From: Takakia lepidozioides
Taxonomy: Eukaryota; Plantae; Bryophyta
Length of the DNA: 64,000 nucleotides
Direction: 5' to 3'
NCBI GenBank assembly: GCA_030704615.1
Contig: CM060732.1
Coordinates: 20,832,001-20,896,000, forward strand
Made by a program: the position numbers and the translations under genes. Below, piece after piece: positions 24,379-34,469 of this stretch (position 1 is the first letter of the stretch; each line of letters opens with the position of its first letter). The notes beneath the pieces are model-generated. The model was not told the DNA's origin, ran no database searches, and saw only the letters and a program-made list of their open reading frames with translations.

Positions 24379-26646
24379 GATTGGGACCTCATGCATTGCA
24401 GCAACCGACTCCTGCGACAATATACCGTACGGAGTTTGGCACAATTCTATATCCCAGGTTGAAGGCTTGAAACCTCACCCCTCCTTTTCTCCTTTGGTTG
24501 ACTTGTTGTGGGCTATGTACAACATTCAGTGATGAACCACACTAAGCCCTCCTTGTGTCCAGTATTTTCCAGCCTTATGTCCATCCAGCACATTTAGTGA
24601 CTTGAATTTTTCGACTATCAGTTTATGACCCTAAACCGCATTTCTGCCAGGGCAATGCTGGCTGTCTCTTCCATTCTGTCATTGGAAGGGAGTGCATAGA
24701 GTGTATATGGCTGTTGTATGTACAATTTCAGGGAAATGTTGAATGTCGTACATGTCCAGTTTAGTGCACAGAGGTTGGAGCAGAAGACATGACTCAAATA
24801 GTGACTAGCTTTGTGGCTAATTGCAGATGAGGTAATTTTGAAATTTGAAGCAATCTGCACAAGATTGTTTGTTGCATGATTCCAGTTCAAAGACTTCCTG
24901 TGAAGCACCAAATGTCATCAGTTAAAAACTCACAGTCAGTATTCCACAGTGAGGTAAGCACTCCATTGGTGGATTGGAGGTAGAAATGCAGCGTGCATTG
25001 CAGGAAGCGTTTCTCTTTGCAGATGCAAACAGAGAGGTAATCCTTCAATCTATGTTACCTGTAAAAAGCCTTGTTGTTGACTGGCTTGCAGGGCTGCTGT
25101 GACATACATTTCCTTATGAGAAGCGGAGGAAATTGAGGTCAATATGAACAAAGGTATGCAGAAAGGTACAAAGGTTGCTTAAAACTGGAGGAGCTGAAGT
25201 CACAGATGTACTATGAGGTGCTCTTTTTGGACCCACGGTGGGAAGTCAGGCATTGGGCTTTCCCACCTGCAAACGAACAGTAGGTTGAAGCCAGAGTTTT
25301 AAGTGCAATGTGTAGTACGTCCCAATAATGTTTGTCTATGTTTGTGTTTGGCAATGGCCACACTAATTAACCATGTCTCTCTCCCATTTCAGCCCAGCTG
25401 GAATGGGCATTGTCTTCACCCGTCCTACTTGTCTCATTACATTGAAAAAACAACTTGTGAGAGTTTTTGCAATGCAATTAATTTCATGGCCATGAACTAT
25501 CGTACACCTTTCCCAAGAAATAAACATGTGGAAGTGCCACGAAATTGTGGTGGAAGGTGATGATCCACATAGATACAATGGGCAGCAAAATTTGGCAAGC
25601 CAAACATATGTTTCAGGGCCTCTCTCTGTTTCCAACCAAGGATTCTGTTTCTGGGTCTGGGTTCAGGATATTTGAATGGGGATTTGATTAGTACTAAACT
25701 TGGTGCAGTTTTGGCAAATCTTGCGCATTGACCTTTTGATCTATGTTCAATCCACTGTTGGTTCATTGGCCTTTCAGTCTCCTGTTATCGCCATGGCTCA
25801 TAACTGAAAGGGGTTTATTTTCCCCCCTCCTCGTGTCTTCACCTCACACCCCCATCTCTTCGGAGAAACTACCTTGCATACTTGCTCAATGCAGCAACAA
25901 AGGAGAATGTCTATCATTTGCTTAGAACTAATGTATATATTAGATACACATTGCATGGGGCTGCCATCTTCTCTTCCTCGCCTCTTGCATTTGGCAAGTG
26001 TCTTTGACTGAGAGTTCGAAATAGGAAGACTACCAACAGGAGATACCTATTTCCATTTGAGACAGAGCCCCTTGGCCTTCGCAATGCCTTGTCCACATTT
26101 TATAGGCTTTTGGACATTGGTTTCAGTGGGATATAGCCTGCAGGGCGTTGATTGAACTTGTTGAGTCGAGGGGCTTAGAATCACCTTATTGAAACTTGGT
26201 GAACTTGTTGGATGACGACAGGCATTTTGGCTGGTGCCAAGTTAGTTGCCACTGCTCTTCACTAGCAACACCAGTTATTCATCCATCTTCTTCTGGACCT
26301 ACAGGTTCCTGTCCATGATGGATGCTACTAACTTATTGTATAAGAGAAAACAAGTACATGCCAGAAAGAGGACCCCTTCAATATATGCCCAACATTGTGG
26401 TTGCAGATGAATTTTTAACCGCGGTTAATTCAGGGTGATCTGATCTGTTGGGATTGCATAGGAAGAACCTAACCATGGTTAGACAAGCAAAAACGTTATC
26501 TCACAGAGTGGGGGAGGGAATGATTCATTGGGGTCCATCTCTCAGCAGCCCCGGATGCTTGTGCTTTACAGTAGAGTCCCGGGCAGAGGAGATGTGAGCC
26601 CTCCAAACCCATCGGATTTCAGCCAAGCAATCTCCTCGGATCATAC

Positions 26647-27531
26647 CAGTGTCATGCAGGTTCTTCCTTTTTAAGGAACCTGTCGGGTCCGGGTGCGGGT
26701 TTTATTTCGGAGCCAAGTCCGGGTCCAGATCCGGGTTTTTGAAATTTGGAAAATCCGGGTCCGGGTTCGGGTCCGGGTTTGTCAACACGGACTCGGGTTA
26801 GGGTCCGGGTAGTTGTTGGGAAATATTAGCGGGTTCATGGGTTCGGATCCGGGTCCTAATTTATTGATTAAATAAATTAGAAAAATAAGGGATAAAATTA
26901 TTTTTGGCTGGAAAAATAAATAAATCCTAATAATGAATTTTAATTTAAGAGACATTCCTTCAAAATATACCATGAATATGAATATGTATACCATGAATAA
27001 GAATTAAAATAGAACCATTTTCTATTTTTCAATATTAATTCTTTAAACATGTTAAGAATAGTAATATGCCTCAAGGGTAAATCACTATAGCATGGATGTG
27101 TGGGATCTGGCCTAATAATAATATATGACGCCTCCTTTGGGAAGTGTAAATTATGGTCCCACAGGGCACAACTTTGTGACACCACTCCGTGGATTGAACC
27201 CACAACCGCTTTTGAGGTGGTCTGTGGGCTTTACCATTGGGCTACAACGTGGTGGGGGGTTGGCTGCTGCAGTGGCCTATTGCTGCTCGTCCCCTCCACA
27301 CATATGACAAAATCTACCAAATCTAAGGTGGACCCCGCATTGCCCCATCTAAATTTAAGTCCCGGACCCTGACCCGCTACATTGGCCCACGGGTAGCGGG
27401 TTTAACGCGGGTCCGGGTCCCGGGTCAGGGTCCGGGATCTATGTGATAGCACGGGTCCGGGTGCGGGACGGGTAACCCGGATCCTAACCCGCCTGGTACC
27501 CGCCTTCAAAACCCGGACCCGCACAACACTG
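26647..27531. mobile_element. hAT-superfamily MITE (885 bp)
   Basis: TIRs CAGTGTCATGCAGGT and (rc) CAGTGTTGTGCGGGT. 8-bp TSD GATCATAC/GACCATAC (1 mismatch). Dense CGGGTC/GACCCG subterminal repeats at both ends. Confidence 0.85.
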
Positions 27532-27664
27532 GACCATACCCCACCAACTCACCATTGCATGTTTGAGTTATCCTGTGGCAAAATTGAAATCGATTCGCTA
27601 TTCAACGTCTATCCAGCTTCACTCTATCGCCAAACCGCCACCAACCCACCCACAACCGCCTTTC

Positions 27665-27935
27665 TTCTGTGAGAGTCAGAGTAGACAATAGAAACTCCCA
27701 CGGGTCTGGTAGTAGAAGGACAGTGAAAGAAGAAGGTTCTTCGTGCTTTCAATCTCCCCGTTGTTTCCAGCGCAAGTGGGGCAAGTAGTCACGGTGCAGG
27801 TTGTCCCACCTACCAGTCTCCATCTACAGAGTGTGGGAGCGCACCCTGAACCTCCGCAATGTCCTTATTAGAAGAACGTACTCATAAGACGTTGTTTGCC
27901 GTAGCCCTGTTGCCACCAATGTCCTTAGAAGATAG
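27665..27935 (-). mobile_element. RTE/RTEX-like LINE C-terminal fragment
   Basis: Highly similar to 20088-20345; encodes RFRVRSHTL..ETGRWDNL...CPTCAGN. Confidence 0.75.
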
Positions 27936-28950
27936 TGAATCCAGGACGAGAAGGCGAGCATCATGCATCAGCACGCGGATCACGTGCTGCTTCCACTCGT
28001 GACCGCCTTGGCTGTGAAGCCAGAGAGTTGTAGTGGGTCCTGGAAGATAGTCAAAACAAATGTCAGTTCATGTTCATCAACAATTTCTGATGTGGGCTAC
28101 CCTTAACTTAGTGGGGACCACAACACGAGTTGCAACTGCATGCAAGAGGTGGGTTGTGAAGATTCATTCTGTGCCTGGATGAGTTCTCCTCTCCTCGCAA
28201 GGCATGGTTAGTTTAGAGGTGCGCAGCTCGGGAATCAGCGTGCTGAAGCAGAAGCAGAAGCAGAGGTACACGCAGAGGAACAGCACAGGAGATCACGAAC
28301 GTCACGCATGCAAGACAACACCACATCCACAGCTCCCTCATCACAAAACCAGTACACCAGGCTGGGTTAGCTGTACCCGGTATGGGCCCAGCAGGGGATG
28401 AGTTGTGACAGATCATAATGAAAAAGTGGTTTCTAGTGCGAGGAGATTATGGGGCATCACAGGGTCCCTGCACATGGCCCACACAGTTCCTCTTCACTAA
28501 TGACTGACAGAAAGAAACAAAAATATGCAAGTCCCGCGTCCTGCCGTCGCGTACGGTTCAGGAAGTAGTTATTATGGTGTCTCTTCTCTTGGAATTGGAC
28601 GAGAAATGAATGTGAATAAACGTGCGGGAATGATGTAGACTTGTTGCCGCCACTGACGATGAGCTCAATGCTGGTGGGTACGTTTATATAGCACTTGGTG
28701 CGTGGAAACCCATTGCATCGTCTTCTCCAGGCTTTGCTCCCCAAGCTGTGTTTGGGGCAGCTTGCAGAGCTCTTCAAACCCCGGTCCAACAACTACTGAG
28801 ATCTTTCTTCACATGCAACTAGTACTAGTTGATTAAATAAGATCGGCAGGCAATACATTCGAGTTCTCTGAAGACTTGCCAAATAATAAATACACACAGA
28901 CTTCAAAGTTAGTTCAAATCAGAGTGAGCTCTGATCTCAGACGAACTGCG

Positions 28951-31900
28951 ATGGGGACTATAGAAGATGACGCCCAATCAGATGGATTCGGCAAAGTCAG
29001 GAAACCAGCTGTAAGGGAGCTGACGAGCGACCACCATGTGGAGCTACACGCAAATGGCTCCCTTCCAATTAAGTTGGTACTTCCACTTGAATTAGAGCTG
29101 CAGGCGACGGAGGGGAGCTTTGTGATGCCATCCAGAAGGGCGTGGAATGATCCTTCAACAGAAAACTTCGATCCTGAAGAGTTCCTAGAGGAGCTTACAA
29201 AGGACGTAAGACTGATCCAGCGAGAGAAACTGCGAGAAATTCTTGCACACAATGCGGATGTGGAGTATCTGCGACGCCACGGTCTAGATGGCAACACTGC
29301 CGTGGAAAGCTTCAAGAAGCACGTGCCAATTGTGAGCTATGAAGACCTGGAGACAGACATCCTTCGTTTGGTGAACGGGGAGGCCACTCACATATTTTCC
29401 GTCGACCCAATATCCCACTTTTCTCTCAGGCAAATTCCCTAGAGCTCAAGTTTCTTGCTTTCTTAGTTCTCATGATGATAGAATCTTGCGGCCTAATTAC
29501 CTATCTGCACCTTCATCTCCCTCTCTTCTGAGGGCATTGGGGCGGTTCAGGGTGGGCTCCCATCTCGCAGTAAAGAGGGCAGTAAAAGAAGAAGTGTTCT
29601 TCAGATTCGATACAACGGTTGGGCCTGGTGCATGCCGGGCATAGATGGTCTTCGTTTTCACACTTACCAGTTTCTATCCGTAAATAGTCCATGGGAGATT
29701 CCGCTGTCTGTTCCGTGAAACCCAATCTGTCACAGAAGTCCTCCATTATGAGGATCAGCAATATTGCTTGGCAGCTTATCTGCGCGAAGCTTTGACCCTT
29801 AGTAGGCAATCCCTTGAGCAGTAGTTGCTTTTGGGCTGCTTCTGGCTTCACTCTAGTCGTCTTAAATTGTTTTCTTTCTTGTTTCTTGTTTCCTTTTTGT
29901 CCCATAAGCTCTTTGAGCTTTCTGCGGACGTTATAATGTTCCACTTCATTTCATTTCATTTCTTGAACCCTTCTCTCTGTCTATGTAGCTAGATCTTACG
30001 GCACAGCCAAACTGTGTGCATGCACGAACTTGTCCAATTGATCCGCTCAATTACTTGAATCGGTGTATACACCAAAAGGAGCGCGTGTTCACGAGTGTTC
30101 ACTCGTGGTAATATCTCGGCCTGGCCGCAAATGAAGACGTTCAAAAGTATTCTACAGGTAGACAAATTATATTTTGAAATATTTTGATATACTGACCTCC
30201 CTCTCTTATAGTTCTTTCTTTTGATCTGCGGAAAATGCAGCTCAGGAACCACGGCTGGGAAATCGAAATATATCCCAACGAACATGTCCAAAGCGTTTGG
30301 AAACTTTCCTTTTCGCGAGGCACTAGGAGTTTCACTGCGCAAGAGGTGTGTACATATTTCTGGAACGTCCAAGTTCTGTTTCTGGATCTCTCCCTTCACA
30401 ATATCAGTTGGGTGCCAATATATTCACTCTTTCAAAACGGAGTTGAGTCCTTAGCAAATGTTGCAAGGATATTTGGGTTGGTCTAATTAAGTATGTCAGG
30501 TTTCGTTTGAGGGCATGAGAGAGACTGAGATATTGATCGACATGACTCGTCCGTGTAAACAGCTTGCAGAATGTCTAGCTAGTATTGTTACTCTAAACAA
30601 GTACAACAGCAGTAGAAAGATTCCTATGTAGCATATACCGAGTCATGAGTGTACATGTAGCGAGTGCATGGGCAATAAACACGTAGTTACTTAGATGTTT
30701 CAGTAGTGTGTAGGGTTGCTGGGGAGATTGCTGGGGAGATCCAGGAATTATATCGTTATTGAGACCGTACGGGTCAAGTTTGATGTACAATAGACCATTG
30801 ACTGTTAAGCTTATGCCTTCCATGGTGCGGTTGGATCGTTGCAATGTTCAGGGAATTTGAAACGTTGAAGTTGAAGCCGGGCAAGTCAGTGTCTATCAAT
30901 TTCCCAGGAATGCAGATTGACACCCCAAGCGGAATCAAGGCTGGAGCAGTGACCACCAATTATTATAAGAGTCCACTGTACAGAGAGCGGAAATATAACA
31001 TAAACAATGTACATGTGAGCCCAGATGAAGTGGTGCTTTGTAGCGACAGTAGTCAGGCCATGTACTGCCATCTCCTCTGTGCCCTCTGTGAGGCACAAGA
31101 AATAACCAGACTGGAGACGGTTTTTGCTGTTACAGTCGTTAGCGTGGTGAGAGCTCTTCAAAAGTGCTGGCCCGAAATTTGCGAGGACATAAGAACTGGG
31201 ACCCTCAACAGCAAGATCACTGACCCTGCTGTCAGAAACGCTGTGGGAAAGATACTGAAGCCAAATCCGGTCCTGGCAAGCCTGATTGAGAAGGAGTGCT
31301 TGGTGGATGAGTGGGAGGCTATCATCCCCCGTCTCTGGAGGAATATTTGCTACATTTCGTGTATATTCACTGGAAGTATGCAGCAGTATGTGCCGGCATT
31401 GAAGCACTTTGCTGGCCCGAATGTCCATTTGATGTCTAATGCGTATGGGGCCGCCGAATGCCTTTGCATTGGTGTGAATGTGAGTCCGAGTTGCGCACCC
31501 GAAGATACATCATATTTGGTCTGGCCAGAGGAGGCCTTCTTCGAGTTCATTGCATTGAATTCCGAGGGCAACGCATTGGAACCACAAATTCCGGTTGAGC
31601 TGGCGGATGTGGTGCTTGGGCACGAGTATGAGTTGGTCGTCACGAATGGCACAGGTGGGTCCTTCATTGCACAAGCATACGCGCGTGTAATTTGTATGCA
31701 TGCATAACATGTGGGGTTTGAACGCCCATGCGTAGATGCCAAGCGGCCTTCGTCCTGTCATTTCAAGAGATCTACTACTGCGAGCCTCAAACTTAATTAA
31801 TTACATGTGGGGTCCCCAGTTTTCAATTCATTTGCTTATGATCTCATATTGAGCCGAGCTGATCGAGAGCTGATCGGGGGAAGTGTATTGCGGATTGAGG

Positions 31901-32995
31901 CAGTGTAGATTGTGTGCACGTCCCGAATTGAAGTATGTCTTATCGATTACCGCCCGAGAGAATAATGTTGACAGAACTTGAAGTTTGAGATTTTGGTGCA
32001 TGCTAAGCATGTTGTTCAAACGTGTCAAAATCCACTGTTTGTGCACATCCGTATTGGGCAATTCAAGATTTCACATGTGTATAGTTACTGATGTCCATGG
32101 CTCAGAGGCCAGACTAGAGGATTTGGAGAGACATGTGCAGTAAGCTGTAGGCTGAACTTTTCGGGAGTCTAGAACTTGTAATTTGTTTGCCATTTGGAGG
32201 CTCTCTTTGCTTAAGTTTATGTTCGCATGGTGGGATGAATTTGCCAGGTCTATATCGCTACCGCGTTGGGGATGTTGTGAGGGTAAAGAGCTTCAGAAAC
32301 ACAGCACCAATCTTGGAATTCGTCCGCAGAAAGAATGTGCTTCTCAGCATCAACTCTGACAAAACTGATGAACAAGAGCTTCAAATAATTGTCAACAAGG
32401 CAACCCAACACTTTGCTGGAACATCATTAAAGCTGGCCGACTTCACCAGCCACGCAGACATCACCTCAGCGCCAGGCCACTACGTTATCTTCTGGGAACT
32501 GGAGAGTAGCAGGTATGTTGAAATATTACTGATCTGAGGCTGGTCTCTAAGTTGCAGCTGCAACCTTGAATTAATGACATCATTTGAGGTACCTACCAGA
32601 TTCAAAAATTTATGTTTATTCAGCCCATGCTCCAGATTGAGCAGCTCGGGGATTTCTTACTCTTTGATTTATCCATTGTGCACAGTGACGACAAGAATTT
32701 GGATCACGAAGTCTTACAGAAATGTACCAATGCGCTTGATGTTTCCTTGAATTACCCCTACCGAAGAGCGAGGGTGGGAGACACGATTGGACCTTTGGAG
32801 CTCCGTGTTGTCGGGAGTGGAACATTCAACAAGTTAATGGATATGGCGATCAGCAGAGGAACTTCCCCCGCACAGTACAAGCCCCCTCGATGTGTGAGCG
32901 CACCTCATCTTATGGAGATATTGAACGCTGCAGTGGCTGCCAGATTCTATAGCCTAGAAACACCCTTTGCTTTGCCTCCCAGTGCGGCTGCATGA
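28951..32995 (+). CDS. GH3: GH3 family acyl-acid amido synthetase, 653 aa, 5 exons
   Basis: Exons 28951-29429 (GC donor), 30241-30345, 30852-31654, 32248-32512 and 32686-32995 give 1962 nt in frame. ATP/AMP-binding motifs are SSGTTAGKSKYIP, YGAAE and YRVGD. The C-terminus has IGPLELRVV..GTF and QYKPPRC. Confidence 0.93.
29455..29962 (+). mobile_element. 5'-truncated RTE/RTEX-like LINE with an internal 125-bp inversion and (TTTCA)n tail, in GH3 intron 1
   Basis: [10 protein letters not shown]...RFRVGSH on +, LRIETG...CPLYCE on - (29563-29687), then + strand again to the stop, the 3' UTR hairpin AAGCTC-TTT-GAGCTT and the TTCATTTCATTTCATTTC tail. Confidence 0.85.
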
Positions 32996-33219
32996 GATCT
33001 TGCTTTGAAAATTTTCAAAAAAATCGCAACACTGTCCACATCCTATGGATCCCCTGGATCCCCGGTTGCTCCTTTGGGGCTACCATTCGTCACAAATCTG
33101 GATACTACGCCCAATAAACATGCTTAGTGTACACATAGAATGAGAAGGGGGTCTCTTAAAATATTTCGTCTTCATTTGCATCTAAGAGCTCAATTCAAGA
33201 TTGAAAGCTGCATCCATAT

Positions 33220-33449
33220 AGTACTGGTTTTCCTCACAAAAATAGATATGGTACTAGGTACCAGATTTTCAACCACCTACCAGACTGGTAAGGTATTGCC
33301 CGTAGTATTAGGAAAGACAACACCAGGCCAATACGGGTATATGCTAGGTAGTGGCATGAGGTGACACCAACTCGTATGGCACTTCATATATATTAGCATA
33401 TATATTAGTATTGATACCAGTTTCTTAGCAGTATACCAGTCCAACACTG
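33220..33449. mobile_element. Orphan right end of a hAT element
   Basis: Ends ATACCAGTCCAACACTG, the same TIR as at 42532 and 49259, with TACCAG/CTGGTA subterminal motifs. No left TIR was seen. Confidence 0.45.
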
Positions 33450-33779
33450 TTTGAAACGAGCTAGAAGCAAAGTTCTAGTATAGCTACTACTTCGAAAAGG
33501 AATGTATTGGTGGACCTTAAACCAAATGTTCCAGAACCTAAGCCAATTGTCCTACAAATGACCTTGGGTCCCAGCCCTAGGCCATAAGCGCTGGTAGGTG
33601 GCCTGGTTGGAGATACATGTATTTAATATAATAATAAATATTTTTTGGAGACATAGTATATGTATTCGGCTTGATGTTAGATGCTAGGCCCATAAATTGC
33701 ATCACATGAGACAAAGCATTTTGGCCATTTTTTAGTGTTATGTAAGAATATTCTTTGATTTTGAAATATTGGCATACGA

Positions 33780-34431
33780 TGTCACGACATAGCCCAGAAA
33801 AACTTATCAGGAATAAATACCAGAAGTTATTAACTTATCATGTTACCAAAAGTTACCATGATTTACCGTGATTTATCATGATCTACCATAATTTATCATT
33901 ACTTACCAAGTTACCGGGAGTTTATCAAATTACCAAGAATAACTTGGGGAAACTACTTAAGAAGCTTCTTTTTCATGAAACTTCTCCATCAAGATATCTC
34001 ATTTGTTTAAGGAAGCTTCTCCATCAAGAAACCTTTGTTTAATCGTGGAAACTTCTCCAGCAAGAAACCTCCATAAGGGAAGTTTCTTGGGGAAGCTTCT
34101 TAGTAGCCAATATATATAGGAGGCGAGATTGGATACTCTTCAGTCTCGCCAACACCAGTTCAAGCTACTCTTTTTTCCAGTTCCCAGTACTCCAGTCCAG
34201 TTCCCAGTACTCTAGCCCAGTTTCCAGTATCTGCTACTCCAGTCCAGTTTCCAGCATTCCAGTATTCAAGTCGTGTTCCAATATCTTGTATTCTTGTTCA
34301 TTGTTATAAAGATCGTCTTGATTCCTATTTACTCATCGTGCATTCGGCCACGCCAACCTTGACTTCTTGTTTAGCATTATACCTCTAGTTTTATCTTTTG
34401 TTTGTGTTCAATCATGTTCTCGTCTTTGACA
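33780..34431 (+). repeat. 5' LTR of the chromovirus
   Basis: TGTCACGACATAGCCC...CGTCTTTGACA; TATA box TATATATAG at 34111; direct repeat of 39594-40231. Confidence 0.93.
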
Positions 34432-34433
34432 GT

Positions 34434-34444
34434 TTGGCGAGACT
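34434..34444 (+). promoter_or_regulatory. Self-priming primer-binding site (Tf1-type)
   Basis: TTGGCGAGACT is the exact reverse complement of AGTCTCGCCAA (34142-34152), which lies ~30 nt after the LTR TATA box. Confidence 0.75.
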
Positions 34445-34469
34445 AAAGTTTGTTCTTTAGTTAGTTAAG

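Noticed and set aside
24400-26640. Possible gene between ABCG and GH3
   Set aside because: Only short ORFs with no motif support.
28578-28583. TGTCTC auxin-response element upstream of GH3
   Set aside because: A single hexamer is expected by chance, and no paired site was seen.
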